From contig JAISYQ010000004.1 in the NCBI GenBank assembly GCA_031269775.1, positions 4,102 to 68,101 of the forward strand: a stretch of DNA of 64,000 nt. Reading direction: 5' to 3'. The notes beneath the pieces were generated by a model. The model saw only the letters and a list, made by a program, of their open reading frames with translations. It did not search any database and was not told where the DNA came from. The stretch's first letter is position 1. Every line of letters starts with the position of its first letter. Shown piece after piece: positions 1 through 11,211 of the stretch. The translations under genes were made by a program, and so were the position numbers. Source of the DNA: Streptococcaceae bacterium. Its GTDB lineage: Bacteria; Bacillota; Bacilli; Lactobacillales; Streptococcaceae.

Positions 1-86
1 TTACCTTTTTAGGTGATAAACATAATTATGTTCAAAAGGCTTATTGGATTTTATTAGGAGCAATTGTTTTAATCGTTATATTTAGA

Positions 87-1952
87 GTGATTTATGGATT
101 TTTAGAGCGCCTTTTAGAAAAAAAGTTGACGTGGTTATTAGTTGGGATATTTTTTTTATATTTACTTTTTGAAATTTATTTGCTTTTTGCCTTTACTCCT
201 TCAGTAATTCGTGATGCCTTTAGAATGCAGATTGATGCGTTGGCTTTTGCTAAACATCAAATGCCCGAGTGGCCAATTTATTATAAAATGTTTGCACAAA
301 ATGTTTTACCAACAGCTCTATATGCTTTGGCTTTTCGTTTTTTAGGATCTTTTTTATCTTCACCGTTATTAATTATAAAAGTAGTAAGTTTTTTTCTAAA
401 TGCAGCACTTTTTGCTAGTTTAATTTATACAATTACCATTGTTGCAAAAAAAAAATCTGTTACGGTTTTAATGAGTTTAATGTTATTTTGCTTTCCATAT
501 CTTTGGACATATAATTTATGGATATTATATACAGATACACCAGTAATGATTGCATGGACGATTTTAGCCTGCTTTTTTTGGCGTTTATCTTTAAAATGCC
601 CTCAAAAAGGTATGTCACTTAAAACATTTGCTTGGTGGTTTTTAATAAGCATGCCTTTTTTCTTCTTTGCTCAAATGATAAAAACAAGTTTTTTAGTTAG
701 TGTTGCTTTTGCTGTTGTTTACTTATTTGTTTATCTTATCAATTTTCGAAAAATCTCTTGGAAAATAGTTTTGGTAACGATTGGCTTATGCATCGTTTTT
801 ATTATCTTTTTTCGTGCAGAAAAATTTTTACAGCAAAAAGTTCATTTTTATCCAGATAAACAATATGCTTATCCGATAGAACATTGGATGTCTATGGGGT
901 GGCATCAGATTTCTAAAGGCCGATTTCAACCAGAAGATGTAAAAGAGTTAAAATTATATGAGACAATAGAAGAAAAAAAAATCGTAGCTCAAGATCGTTT
1001 AAAAAAAAGAATCTTAGAAGAAAAACCACGACGTATTTTTTGGCAATTGATTAATAAAATTGGTATTTTGCTAGATGGGCAAGAAATTTATGGACGTTAT
1101 TATAAGGGCTTTCAAAAAGCGCCACTTTGGTTTTGCAAACATGCTGTTTTGGCTGAAATATTTGTTAGTGGCTTATCTAAAATTGCTCTTTTAGTCATTT
1201 ATTTATTAGCTTTTGGTAAAGTTTGGCGTGCTTTTTGCTGTAATAGCCCGCAACTATTAGTACCAGTATTAATTATTTTAAGTATTGTTTCTTTTTATAG
1301 CCTGTTATGGGAAGTTGGTCCTAGATATGGTGAGGTTATTTTAGGGCCGTTGTTTTTAATTGTAGCATCTCCTTTTGTTGGTAAAGTTCAATTAAAATGG
1401 AAAAAAAAATTAAGTAGTGTTTTATTTTTTTCTTTCGGAATATTTTTTATTTCCAAAATTTTAGAATCAGAAGCAAAACCTGTTGTTATCCCAAATCAAA
1501 AGGTGCAAAAATCATCGATAAGATCAATGCTTCCTGTTTTAGGCAACTCGTCAAATTATGTAGCAAGTTATGGCCGAGAAAATTTAGAAATTCCAGTAGG
1601 TGGAATAATTTCACAAAAAGTTGTTTTAGAAGTAGAAGCTTATCAACAGTTACAGATTTTAAGAAAACAAAAACAACACGGAAGATTTACTTTGAAGTGT
1701 AATGAAGAAGTTATTTTTACAACTAAAGAATTTGATAAAGAGGAAATTTTAATAAAGATAAATAGGAAGTCATTTAAAAAAGGAATTTATGAATTGATTT
1801 GGGAAAATAATAAAAAATACCCGATTCATATCGTGGCGCAAAAATCTCCTTTTTATCCTTTATCAGAGTATCCAATATTAGGGGTAAAAACAAAAAAAGA
1901 TTGGTATTTAATTTATAGTTTTAATGAAAAAATAGATAAAATGAGCAAGTGA
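87..1952 (+). CDS. Large polytopic membrane protein, possibly a GT-C (ArnT/PMT_2-like) glycosyltransferase; 5' end uncertain
   Basis: 621-codon ORF with many hydrophobic segments in the first ~470 aa and a soluble Lys-rich C-terminal ~150 aa. The frame stays open upstream to base 3, so the gene may start outside the window. The family call rests on architecture only. Confidence 0.4.
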   Translation: MIYGFLERLLEKKLTWLLVGIFFLYLLFEIYLLFAFTPSVIRDAFRMQIDALAFAKHQMPEWPIYYKMFAQNVLPTALYALAFRFLGSFLSSPLLIIKVVSFFLNAALFASLIYTITIVAKKKSVTVLMSLMLFCFPYLWTYNLWILYTDTPVMIAWTILACFFWRLSLKCPQKGMSLKTFAWWFLISMPFFFFAQMIKTSFLVSVAFAVVYLFVYLINFRKISWKIVLVTIGLCIVFIIFFRAEKFLQQKVHFYPDKQYAYPIEHWMSMGWHQISKGRFQPEDVKELKLYETIEEKKIVAQDRLKKRILEEKPRRIFWQLINKIGILLDGQEIYGRYYKGFQKAPLWFCKHAVLAEIFVSGLSKIALLVIYLLAFGKVWRAFCCNSPQLLVPVLIILSIVSFYSLLWEVGPRYGEVILGPLFLIVASPFVGKVQLKWKKKLSSVLFFSFGIFFISKILESEAKPVVIPNQKVQKSSIRSMLPVLGNSSNYVASYGRENLEIPVGGIISQKVVLEVEAYQQLQILRKQKQHGRFTLKCNEEVIFTTKEFDKEEILIKINRKSFKKGIYELIWENNKKYPIHIVAQKSPFYPLSEYPILGVKTKKDWYLIYSFNEKIDKMSK

Positions 1953-2924
1953 ATGAAAGAACAAAATTTTAAAATTGGTACAGTTGAAATTCCTAATAGA
2001 GTAATAGTAGCACCAATGGCAGGTATTTCAAATTTAGTTTTTCGTGTGATTGCTAAAGAATTTGGTGCAGGCCTTGTCGTTATGGAGATGATTAGTGATA
2101 AAGGAATTTATTATCGTAATCAAAAGACACTTAATATGCTTAAAATTGACCCAAGAGAACATCCTATCAGTTTACAGATTTTTGGTAATGATAAGGAAAG
2201 TTTAGTTCAAGCAGCAACGTTTGTCCAAGAACATACCAGTACAGATATTATTGATATTAATATGGGATGTCCAGTTAATAAGGTGATTAAGGCAGAGGCT
2301 GGGGCACGATTATTGCTTGATCCTAAGAAAGTATATGAAATGGTGCATGCAGTGGTAAATGCGGTAAGTATTCCTGTTACGGTAAAAATGCGCACAGGAT
2401 GGGATGATCATTTATTTGCGGTAGAAAATGCATTAGCAGCAGAATCAGCAGGAGCAAAAGCTTTAGCAATGCATGGCAGAACACGTATGCAGATGTATCA
2501 AGGAAAAGCAGACTGGAAGGTTTTGCAAGAGGTTGCAGCAAAGCTTACAATTCCATTTATTGGCAATGGCGATGTTAAAACACCAAAAGATGCTAAAAAA
2601 ATGTTAGAAGAAGTAGGAGCTGATGCTGTGATGATTGGTCGCGCAGCTCTTGGGAATCCTTGGATGCTTTTAAGGACAGAATTTTTTTTACGTACAGGAG
2701 AACTTTTATCTGAGCCTTCTGTTGATGAAAAAGTAAAAATGGCAAAGTTGCATTTAGAAAAATTGGTACAATTTAAAGGTGAAAAACAAGGAATTTATCA
2801 ATTTAGACAACTTGCTTCATATTACTTAAAAGGTATTCCACGTGCGGTAAAAATAAAAGTGGCAATTAATCAAGCAGAATCAGAAAAAGATGTAATTTGT
2901 TTGTTGGATAAATTGTCATATTAA
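1953..2924 (+). CDS. dusB: tRNA-dihydrouridine synthase
   Basis: N-terminus IPNRVIVAPMAGISNLVFRVIAKEFGAGLVVMEMIS, then ...DINMGCP... and ...MHGRTR...: the typical Dus TIM-barrel flavoenzyme pattern. Confidence 0.85.
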   Translation: MKEQNFKIGTVEIPNRVIVAPMAGISNLVFRVIAKEFGAGLVVMEMISDKGIYYRNQKTLNMLKIDPREHPISLQIFGNDKESLVQAATFVQEHTSTDIIDINMGCPVNKVIKAEAGARLLLDPKKVYEMVHAVVNAVSIPVTVKMRTGWDDHLFAVENALAAESAGAKALAMHGRTRMQMYQGKADWKVLQEVAAKLTIPFIGNGDVKTPKDAKKMLEEVGADAVMIGRAALGNPWMLLRTEFFLRTGELLSEPSVDEKVKMAKLHLEKLVQFKGEKQGIYQFRQLASYYLKGIPRAVKIKVAINQAESEKDVICLLDKLSY

Positions 2925-3100
2925 TTTTAAAGCTGTTTACGAAAAGAATTTAAGGTAAATCTTTTTAAAATTTTTCGTGAAAATGTTAATTTTTCGGAAA
3001 AAAATAAAATTCCTGCTTTTTTAATTGAAAAAATTGCGTTATATCTCAATAAAATTGCCTGTTTATAAACTGTTGAAAATGAGGAATGAACTGCTTATTA

Positions 3101-3904
3101 TTAATAATACACAAACGGATTGGTGTTTTCTTTTGATGCCATTACATTAACATCCCAATGATTTTCTTCTTTCCATTGATTAAACATTTTGACCAAACGT
3201 GAAATAAAAACTACTTCGATATAGTGGCCAGGGTCGATGGCATGAAGGTTGCTAACAATCATATCATGAGCGGTATGATAATAAATATCTCCTGTAATAT
3301 AAACATCAGCATTTTGTTTTAAGGCTTCTTTATAAAATTTTTCTCCACTACCTCCACAGATGGCAATTTTTTTAACTAAGGCACCCTCTTTTTTGGTAAT
3401 CAAGCGCAGATAATCTAAAGAAAATATCTTTTTTACTTTTTGGGCAAACTTAACTAAAGAAGTTGCTTCAGATAGCTCCCCTACTCGTCCAATCCCGTAA
3501 GAGATGCCATTAATTTCATGCGTTTGCTTTAAAAAGCTCTCGTTTGTTAAATTCAACATTTCCATAAACCAATCGTTCAGTCCAGGTTTAACGATATCAA
3601 TATTGGTATGTGCCACATAAACAGCAATATCACTTTTAAGTAAATCTGCATACATTTTATGCTGTGGATCATCCGTATCTAAGCGTTTTGCTGCATGAAA
3701 AATTAATGGATGCTTAGCAATCAATAAATCAATTTTTTTATTAATTGCTTCTTCTACTACTTCAGAACGAACATCAAGTGTCACCATCACACGTTTAATA
3801 TCTTTTTGTAAAGTCCCCAAATGCAGTCCTACCGGATCATTTTCTTCAGCTAAAAATAAAGGACAATATTCTTCAAATTTATCAATCAAAGTTTGAGCCT
3901 TCAT
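3101..3904 (-). CDS. Nif3-like dinuclear metal centre protein (YqfO family)
   Basis: N-terminal ...FLAEENDPVGLHLG... and C-terminal ...ITGDIYYHTAHD... motifs. Start/stop overlap with the upstream trmK, as in the yqfN-yqfO pair. Confidence 0.8.
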   Translation of the reverse strand: MKAQTLIDKFEEYCPLFLAEENDPVGLHLGTLQKDIKRVMVTLDVRSEVVEEAINKKIDLLIAKHPLIFHAAKRLDTDDPQHKMYADLLKSDIAVYVAHTNIDIVKPGLNDWFMEMLNLTNESFLKQTHEINGISYGIGRVGELSEATSLVKFAQKVKKIFSLDYLRLITKKEGALVKKIAICGGSGEKFYKEALKQNADVYITGDIYYHTAHDMIVSNLHAIDPGHYIEVVFISRLVKMFNQWKEENHWDVNVMASKENTNPFVYY

Positions 3905-4599
3905 TTTTTAAGAACCTTCTTAATCCAGTTAATTTCTTTTTGTAAAACTTCTTCTTTTTTTTGATTAGGAATTGTTGCTTTTTCCAGTGAATTTAAAATC
4001 TTTCTACGATTTATTAACTCGCACTCCCATTTTTTATAAAAGACTTCTTTCTTCTCCTCTATTAAAAAAGGACCAAAAAACAACTCTTGCTCTGAATAAT
4101 ACGCGATTCCTTTTTGGGCAACAATAATTTCATAAATTTTTTGCTTTTCTTCAAAAATATCTTCAACAAAGATTTGATAATCATTATTCATTAACCAATA
4201 TCGAACATAACTTTCGCCAATATTTGGCTGCAGAATCAATCTTTCTTTCCCATTTAAACGCTTTTTTTGCAAACCCATCTCAAGAATTTCTGCAATTAAA
4301 ATTCCACCCATACCGGCAATTGTAATCACATCAATCTCATCATCTAAAAAAATAGCTTCTAAGCCGTTGCCCAAGCGAACTTCAATATAGCTTTTCAAAT
4401 CATTCTTATCAACTTGTGCCAAAGTTTTTTCAAAGGGCCCTTCTATTACTTCACTAGCAATAGCGTATGAAATTTTTCCCGTAAGCATACAAAAAATAGG
4501 CAAGTATGCATGATCACTGCCTATATCTGCTAAGCGAGTTTTTTTAGGAATATAAGAAGCAATTTTTTCTAAGCGTTTAGATAATTGTATTTCATTCAT
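3901..4599 (-). CDS. trmK: tRNA (adenine22-N1)-methyltransferase TrmK
   Basis: LSKRLEKIASYIP...LADIGSDHAYLPIF...VRLGNGL motifs. The ATG at 4599 has an AAGGAAAAG SD. The ORF track start at 4638 lies further upstream. Confidence 0.8.
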   Translation of the reverse strand: MNEIQLSKRLEKIASYIPKKTRLADIGSDHAYLPIFCMLTGKISYAIASEVIEGPFEKTLAQVDKNDLKSYIEVRLGNGLEAIFLDDEIDVITIAGMGGILIAEILEMGLQKKRLNGKERLILQPNIGESYVRYWLMNNDYQIFVEDIFEEKQKIYEIIVAQKGIAYYSEQELFFGPFLIEEKKEVFYKKWECELINRRKILNSLEKATIPNQKKEEVLQKEINWIKKVLKK

Positions 4600-4676
4600 A
4601 GACTTTTCCTTACTCTTCTTACTTAGATCCTTTAACACGGTTTCTAGCGAATTGCTTGAAGATCATAAACAGGCTC

Positions 4677-5627
4677 TTACACTGGATTTCTTGCATTATC
4701 CCCCCCATATAAAACTTCCTCAGATAAATATTTAATACGCTCCATTACACGTCTTCCTTGCATCAGTTCATCATTTCCTTTGTTATCAAAGCGCAAATGT
4801 TCTTCTAAGCCTTTAAAATCACGATTTGATGTAAACATTGTTGGTAATTGTTCTTGCATGCGATACTGAAGAATCCCTAATAAAATATCATCTCTTGACC
4901 ATGATGTCACCGACTCTGCACCAATATCATCCAAAATTAAAATTTCACAAACTTTCACTGCCTTAATCTTGCTTCCAATTTCTTTTTTTTCAAAATTCAT
5001 AGCATCACGTAACTCGGCTAAAAATGACGGAAAATGAAGCAAAGTTGTCACAAAGCCTTTAATGGCTAATTCATTGGCAATAGCCCCCATTAGAAAACTC
5101 TTACCAATACCAAAATTGCCATATAAATATAAACCTTTATGGGGCGTAAAAGGATCTGCAATAAAAGATTTTACAAAATTTTTAGCTTTTTTTATAGCCA
5201 AAACACGATGAGAATCTCGTGTTAAAGTAATAGTTTTAAAAGAAGCATTGCGCACATCTTTTGGCATATTCATTGCATGAATTCGCGCTTTAATCTCTTC
5301 TTCTCTTTGTTCAGCAAGCAAAACTTCAGTAGGCTCATAAGCAACATCAATAGAATGATTATGAAAAATTAATTTAGGCTCATATCCAGGCGCTACGTAT
5401 GTTTTATCTTGCGTTAAAAATTTATCCTTTTGTGAAACATACTCATATAATTTGGTAAAGCTACGATTAACCTCTTTTTCTGTCAATTCATCCTTATGCT
5501 TTTTTAAAAAAGCTTTAATCTCTTTGTCTGATAAAATACCTTTATGAATTTTTGCTAGTTTTTTTTCTTCAATTGTTTTGTTAAACAATGGATTTAAACC
5601 ACGACTACTTCCAATATATTCGATCAT
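4677..5627 (-). CDS. dnaI: Primosomal helicase loader DnaI
   Basis: 316 aa with AAA+ Walker A (GNFGIGKS) and Walker B (LILDDIG). It lies directly downstream of dnaB (Firmicute type). Confidence 0.85.
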   Translation of the reverse strand: MIEYIGSSRGLNPLFNKTIEEKKLAKIHKGILSDKEIKAFLKKHKDELTEKEVNRSFTKLYEYVSQKDKFLTQDKTYVAPGYEPKLIFHNHSIDVAYEPTEVLLAEQREEEIKARIHAMNMPKDVRNASFKTITLTRDSHRVLAIKKAKNFVKSFIADPFTPHKGLYLYGNFGIGKSFLMGAIANELAIKGFVTTLLHFPSFLAELRDAMNFEKKEIGSKIKAVKVCEILILDDIGAESVTSWSRDDILLGILQYRMQEQLPTMFTSNRDFKGLEEHLRFDNKGNDELMQGRRVMERIKYLSEEVLYGGDNARNPV

Positions 5628-5643
5628 AAGGACTCACTTCCTT

Positions 5644-6948
5644 TTAATCATCAAACGATGAGATATCTGCTAATTCTTTTTCCAATTTTTTAAGCTCTTC
5701 TTTACTAACCTTTTGTGTCGTTTTCTTTTTAATAAAATCAGGAATTTTCTCTACTTTTTGATTTTTCCCCCGCTTATTTTTTCCTTTGGGTTTGGCCGCT
5801 TTGCTATTAGCAACAATCGTTTTTATATAAAGAACAGCTGAAGCTGCATCCACTACCTTTTTTTGCGCCCAATCATTAGCGATTTTCATAATATAATTAT
5901 AAGAAAGTGTTGAATTATCTTGAATAATTAAGGCATAATTAATCAAAATATTAATTACACCATTGCTTAGACCATTATTTCTTAATTCACTTAATAAACG
6001 ACGTTCACTAGGATCTACAAAACCGCCTTTTTGCAAGCGAATATTTTCTAAATAATCATTTGGGGCTAACTTTTCTGCCTCTTCAATAATTTTAGCCTCT
6101 GCTTTTGAAAAGTTCATATTTTGCAAAGTAGTTGAAAGTTCTTGCTCACCTGGCAAATTTACCAGTTTACTAGCACGATTTTCCAGCATTTGTTTAAGTT
6201 TAGTAATATTTAAGATATTATCTGCACATGCTAAACTTACCGCTTTATTAAAAATTTCTAATTCATTTAAACCAAATAATGCATGAATAGCTAATAATTG
6301 TAAAGGATCTTGCTTTTCTGAGTGAAAAAATAAACCTTGTTTTTTCATCATCTCTTTAAAAAATTTTAAATCAAAGCTATCTTTAAGTTTATTTTCTATT
6401 CTTTTTTTTGCTTGATTTAAACGCTCGTCTTCTTCATTTAAAATATTTAAATCAAAAGTGTAAACTTCGGTAAATTTTTTCGAAATATTATTCATATCTT
6501 TAATTTTAGTAGCAGTTTTTTCATAATCTTTGACTAATTCATCAAAAGCCAATTGTCCAATTTTTGATAGTAATAATCCTGAAAATAGTGGCTCTGTGAA
6601 AAACAATGGTGGCAGAAATGGTGCGTTTAATCGATATAAATACTCCACTCCAAACTCAAAAGAATCTTGTACAAAGGTTTGCAATAAAGTCATGCCTTCA
6701 AGATGATTTTTTGCTTTACAAAAACGTGCACCGCTCATGCCGACCATATCAAACAAGATACTATGAGCAGTTGCTTTAGAATTTTTTTTTGAAGTACTTT
6801 GTCCAAAAAGGGCCATATAAAGAGTAAAAGCCTCACTACCAATAATAGGTAAGTAAAGTCTTGATAAGGATACTAGCGAATCAAAAGCAATCATCCCCAT
6901 AATTTTTACCGTATAAAATTCACGCGGATTTGGTATTACTTGACGCAT
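5644..6948 (-). CDS. dnaB: Replication initiation and membrane attachment protein DnaB (Firmicute DnaB/DnaD-domain family)
   Basis: 434 aa. N-terminus ...LSRLYLPIIGSEAFTLYMAL..., a DnaD-like C-terminal region and a basic tail. Conserved dnaB-dnaI pairing. Confidence 0.75.
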   Translation of the reverse strand: MRQVIPNPREFYTVKIMGMIAFDSLVSLSRLYLPIIGSEAFTLYMALFGQSTSKKNSKATAHSILFDMVGMSGARFCKAKNHLEGMTLLQTFVQDSFEFGVEYLYRLNAPFLPPLFFTEPLFSGLLLSKIGQLAFDELVKDYEKTATKIKDMNNISKKFTEVYTFDLNILNEEDERLNQAKKRIENKLKDSFDLKFFKEMMKKQGLFFHSEKQDPLQLLAIHALFGLNELEIFNKAVSLACADNILNITKLKQMLENRASKLVNLPGEQELSTTLQNMNFSKAEAKIIEEAEKLAPNDYLENIRLQKGGFVDPSERRLLSELRNNGLSNGVINILINYALIIQDNSTLSYNYIMKIANDWAQKKVVDAASAVLYIKTIVANSKAAKPKGKNKRGKNQKVEKIPDFIKKKTTQKVSKEELKKLEKELADISSFDD

Positions 6949-6977
6949 TTTATCTCCTTTTAAATAACCAGGTAAGT

Positions 6978-7445
6978 TTAATCGCCCTTTTTTACTCGTT
7001 TGACAATATCTTCTAATTCAGATAAAAAGACCGTCATATCTTTAAATTGTCGATATACGCTAGCAAAACGAATATAAGCAATTTCATCTAAATTTACTAA
7101 CTCTTCCATCATAAATTCTCCGATTTGCGCGCTAGTTATTTCTGTTTCGCCTAATTCGTGCACACGACGTTCCACGATATCTACCATATTTTCCATTTGT
7201 TCACTTGTCACCGGCCTTTTCTCCGCTGAGCGAATTAATCCTCGCAATAATTTTTCTCGACTAAATTCTTCACGAGAATTATCCTTTTTAATAACCAATA
7301 ATGGTATCTTTTCCACTTTTTCAAAAGTTGTAAAACGATAACGACAACTTTCACACTCGCGTCGTCTACGAATGGCATGTGCATCTTCACTTTGACGGCT
7401 ATCGATAACGCGTGAGTGATTATGATTGCACTTTGGACATTTCAT
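6978..7445 (-). CDS. nrdR: Transcriptional repressor NrdR
   Basis: [17 protein letters not shown]...[17 protein letters not shown] zinc ribbon followed by an ATP-cone. Confidence 0.95.
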   Translation of the reverse strand: MKCPKCNHNHSRVIDSRQSEDAHAIRRRRECESCRYRFTTFEKVEKIPLLVIKKDNSREEFSREKLLRGLIRSAEKRPVTSEQMENMVDIVERRVHELGETEITSAQIGEFMMEELVNLDEIAYIRFASVYRQFKDMTVFLSELEDIVKRVKKGD

Positions 7446-8494
7446 CTTTTTCCTCCGCTAAAAGCCTGCTTTGCACGTAATTGGCCGCAAGCTGCATCAA
7501 TATCTCTTCCAAATTTTTGACGGATAACGCAATTGATCTTATTTTTTTTTAAAAGATCATAAAAACGCAGAACATCTTCTTTATTTGAGCGCACATATTG
7601 ATCATGTTCATTAATAGGATTATAAAGAATTAAGTTAACATAGGCTAATTTTTTCTTATTCTTTAATAAATTAGCTAGCCTTTTTGCATGATGCACTTGA
7701 TCATTTACTTTACTAAGCAAAAGATACTCAAAGCTTACCCTTCGATTGGTTGTTTTCGTATAAAAATCAATTGCTTTCATTAACTTTTCAATAGGAATTA
7801 AACGATTAATGCGCATTAAACAAGAGCGAATTTCATTATTTGGCGCATGAAGAGAAATTGCTAAATTTACTTGCAAATCATCAGTTGCAAAATCATAAAT
7901 TTTAGCAGCTAAACCAGAGGTTGAAACGGTAATGTGCCTTGCACCAATTGCTAATCCTCTATCATCATTAATAATATGTAAAAAATTTAAAACATTTTCG
8001 TAATTATCAAATGGCTCACCAATGCCCATAACGACCACATGAGATACTCGCTCATTCACTAAAGAATGCTGAATTTGCATAACTTGTGCAACGATTTCTC
8101 CTGTACTTAAATCTCTTTTTTTATTTAACAAACCACTAGCGCAAAATGAACAACCCATTTTGCAGCCAACTTGCGTTGTTACACAAACAGATAATCCATA
8201 TTTTTGTCGCATTAACACTGTTTCAATCAGTTGATGATCTAAAAGCTTAAAAAGATATTTTTTCGTTCCATCAAATGACTCTTGGATGATTAACTTTTTT
8301 AACGGATTGATTACAAAATGGGCATTTAAACAGTTAACAAAATCATTTGAAAGATTTGTCATTTCATTAAAATCCGTAACACGTTTTCGGTAAAGCCATT
8401 CCCAAATTTGAAGAGCACGAAATTTTTTCTCCTTTTGGGCAACCACCCACTTTATTAGTGCTTTTTTTGTTAAATTATAGATAGATGGTTTCAT
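7442..8494 (-). CDS. rlmN: 23S rRNA/tRNA (adenine-C2)-methyltransferase RlmN (radical SAM)
   Basis: [13 protein letters not shown] radical-SAM cluster motif, ...MGIGEP..., C-terminal ...DIDAACGQL. Confidence 0.9.
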   Translation of the reverse strand: MKPSIYNLTKKALIKWVVAQKEKKFRALQIWEWLYRKRVTDFNEMTNLSNDFVNCLNAHFVINPLKKLIIQESFDGTKKYLFKLLDHQLIETVLMRQKYGLSVCVTTQVGCKMGCSFCASGLLNKKRDLSTGEIVAQVMQIQHSLVNERVSHVVVMGIGEPFDNYENVLNFLHIINDDRGLAIGARHITVSTSGLAAKIYDFATDDLQVNLAISLHAPNNEIRSCLMRINRLIPIEKLMKAIDFYTKTTNRRVSFEYLLLSKVNDQVHHAKRLANLLKNKKKLAYVNLILYNPINEHDQYVRSNKEDVLRFYDLLKKNKINCVIRQKFGRDIDAACGQLRAKQAFSGGKR

Positions 8495-8507
8495 TAATAA
8501 ACAGCTC

Positions 8508-9794
8508 TTAACTTTTTACTATTGCCGAAGCTACTATTAGATCAAAGGCTTTTTTTGTTTTAATATCATGTTCTACGGTTTCTTTAGGTAAAACATTTTT
8601 TAATTTTTCAACAGACATTTTATATTGCTGTGCTAGCTCTTTCATTTCTTTTTTGACATCTTCATCTATTACTCCAATTTTTTCAACAGCAATAATTGCC
8701 TCAAGAACTAAATTCATGCGCACATTTTTATTTGCTTCTACTTCATATTTTTTATACAAATCATCTTTTGTAGTATTTGTTATTTTTAAGTAAGTTTTTT
8801 GATCAATTCCGTTTTGTTTTAGCTCATTAAAGAAATGATTCATTAAACGATGCGCTTCTTCATGAATCATTTCTTCTGGCAGTTTGATAATTTCTGCATT
8901 TTTAACAGCTTTGCAAACTATATCTTTTTCGAATTGTGTTTTGGCATTTTCTACCTTTGTTTTTTTTAATTGTTTACGATATTTTGCTTTTAATTCATCC
9001 AAAGTTTCTACTTCATCATCGACATCTTTAGCAAAATCATCATCTAAATCAGGTAATCTTTTGCTTTTAATTTCATGAATCTTTGTTACAAATAATGCTT
9101 CTTTACCTGCTAAATCTTTAGCATGATAATTTTCAGGGAAGCTTACGCGCACATTTACTTTTTCACCAGCTTTATGTCCTACTAATTGATCTTCAAACCC
9201 AGGAATAAATTGTCCTAAACCAAGTTCTAATTGACGATTTTCTCCCTTACTGCCTTTAAAAGAAACACCATTAATTGACCCATCAAAATCAATCACAATA
9301 AGATCCCCTATTGCTGCAGCTTCATCTTCTTTAAGAGATAATTCTAATAAATCATTGCGATCCTTTTCAATTTTTTGATTAATATCTTCATCTGTTACTT
9401 CAGCAGCCTTTTTTCTAACTTTAAGACCTTTATATTCGCCAAGTTTAACCTTAGGTTTTAACACCAAATCTGCTTTAATAATCCAATCTTCTCCTTTTTT
9501 GATACTTTCAACATCAACTTTAGGCTGAGTTACTGGTTCTAATTTTGCCTCTTTTATAGCTTTATCATAAGCTGCTGGCAAAATAATATCTAAAGCTTTT
9601 TCATATAAAGCCTCTTCGCCATATAATCTGTTAAAGATCTTACGAGGTAGGTGTCCTTTACGAAATCCCGGAGCATTCAATTGTTTCTTTATGCGGTTAA
9701 AAGCTTGATCTAAGCCTTTTGCAATGGTTTCTTGATCGATTGAAAATGTTAAAACACCATGGTTTGTGCTTGTCTTTTCGAAAATAACGGTCAT
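8508..9794 (-). CDS. tig: Trigger factor
   Basis: 428 aa. ...[12 protein letters not shown]... ribosome-binding signature, an FKBP-type middle domain and an acidic C-terminal domain. Confidence 0.95.
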   Translation of the reverse strand: MTVIFEKTSTNHGVLTFSIDQETIAKGLDQAFNRIKKQLNAPGFRKGHLPRKIFNRLYGEEALYEKALDIILPAAYDKAIKEAKLEPVTQPKVDVESIKKGEDWIIKADLVLKPKVKLGEYKGLKVRKKAAEVTDEDINQKIEKDRNDLLELSLKEDEAAAIGDLIVIDFDGSINGVSFKGSKGENRQLELGLGQFIPGFEDQLVGHKAGEKVNVRVSFPENYHAKDLAGKEALFVTKIHEIKSKRLPDLDDDFAKDVDDEVETLDELKAKYRKQLKKTKVENAKTQFEKDIVCKAVKNAEIIKLPEEMIHEEAHRLMNHFFNELKQNGIDQKTYLKITNTTKDDLYKKYEVEANKNVRMNLVLEAIIAVEKIGVIDEDVKKEMKELAQQYKMSVEKLKNVLPKETVEHDIKTKKAFDLIVASAIVKS

Positions 9795-10010
9795 AAATTA
9801 TTCCTCCGAATTTTTCAATTTATGCTTAAATCATCATAACGTAATGAGAGATAAATGTAAAATAAACGAATTTGAGAATAATTCTCTCAAATATCTGCTA
9901 AAAATTTTTAGCAAATGTAGCTAAACTTATAATGATGAGGCTATAGTTTTTTTAAGCTTTTGGAAGATACGAGATATTTATCCAATTGTAATAAAAATTA
10001 GCAAAAAAGA

Positions 10011-10039
10011 TTGCACATTTAGCGAAATCATATTACAAT
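10011..10039 (+). promoter_or_regulatory. Candidate sigma-A promoter upstream of the decayed peptidase-like gene
   Basis: TTGCAC (10011-10016), 17 nt spacer, TACAAT (10034-10039). A GGGAGA SD follows at 10079-10085. Confidence 0.35.
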
Positions 10040-10078
10040 GCAACTGAAAGTTAGGTAAGGGGATAAATATAAAGATAG

Positions 10079-11150
10079 AGGGAGAAAAATTTAATAAATT
10101 GGCTTAAAAGTAAAAGTTGCATTTTACTTTTAAGTGTCAGTTGGATATTTATCTTTTTTAGTAATTCAACATTTGCTGTTCCTGTAACAACAAGTTATGA
10201 TCCGTGGGATGATCATGTAATAAATGGAAATGCTTGGTTTGTCGAGCAAGACGGTACTCCGTGGTGTAGGATCACATGTTCTAAAATAGTGTTGTGGGAC
10301 ATCCTTCAAAAAGCTGTGCATAGAGGAGGTGTTCCCGCGCATATTATTGTGCCTAATTTAATGAATTTTTTTGAAATAGGAGGTGGTGCACCTGCACTAC
10401 CTGTTGCAGGTCCACCAAATAATTTTGATGAAATGCTTATGGAAAATGTGTTTATAAATGGCCAAGGTAAAGTTTATAAAAAAAATTTAAATAGCTTGCC
10501 TGTAGGAAAATAGGAATGCATTCATTGCTGAGATTAGATCTTTTTTAAATACTAATAATGGACATTTGAATCCTGTTTGCCCAGCGCTAGGTGGTGGCGT
10601 TTGTAATTGTATGATGCCTCCTTAAATGTTGAATATAATTACTGCTGCAGGAAATGAGGAAAATTTGGTTGGTTTTTTCGATGCAATGATTAGTGTAAAC
10701 CCTCAGGTGGTGCCAGCTGGGACTTTAGCAACTACATGGAATGCTTTCAGTGCGATCGCACGTAATTGTCAAGGCATGTTTTTTGGCAGTTCTGAACCAG
10801 CTGTTGATCAAGAGATGAGTAATATTTGTACTGTAGGAGTGGTAAACCGGGTACTGGTTAACGCAGCAAATTCGCAAGCTTCATGGGATGCCATCCGAGA
10901 TGAGATTGTGAGACATCAGCGGATGGTCATTGTCACATTTATAAATCCAGCTAATCCTGAAGACGCTCACTGTTGTGTTGCTTTTGCTGCAGATAACGAT
11001 GTAGGAGCTGAAGCTTTATATTTATATAATCCATGGGGGAATTGGTTTAATGTTATGGGAGATAATCCTGGAATGACTCATAATATGGCCGCCATGGGAT
11101 CCCCAGCAAAGCATTGGGATATTTATCAATATATAACTTTTAATTACTAA
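10079..11150 (+). pseudogene. Disrupted secreted papain-fold cysteine-peptidase-like gene (paralogue of 19432..20082)
   Basis: An SD is followed by in-frame ATA at 10094 where a start codon is expected; there is no ATG/GTG/TTG before the signal-peptide-like KSKSCILLLSVSWIFIFFSNSTFA. Frameshift at the A-run near 10506-10513. In-frame TAA at 10623-10625. Motifs GTPWCRITC and AHCCVAF...LYLYNPWG parallel GSKWCVRAC and DHACITYG...IEVYDPMPG of the intact copy. Confidence 0.6.
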
Positions 11151-11211
11151 TCGTTACAAAACAAAAAAGAAGTAATTAAAAATCAGAAAGAAAAGAAAGG
11201 AAGTTTTAATT

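Noticed and set aside
2207-2395. Short ORFs lying antisense to, or nested inside, well-supported genes: 2207..2395, 8884..9078, 13116..13604, 15105..15371, 15220..15450, 16550..16747, 17497..17754, 17722..18060, 19202..19441, 22811..23011, 24346..24690, 26733..27029, 29787..29984, 32098..32349, 32937..33128, 33446..33787, 34862..35164, 36106..36318, 37512..37897, 38173..38586, 38676..39084, 39388..39772, 44793..44993, 46782..46982, 50867..51160, 52660..53184, 54023..54226, 60006..60206
   Set aside because: Each overlaps a longer ORF that has clear family motifs. None has a convincing SD, and their low-complexity compositions are typical of wrong-frame translation in AT-rich DNA.
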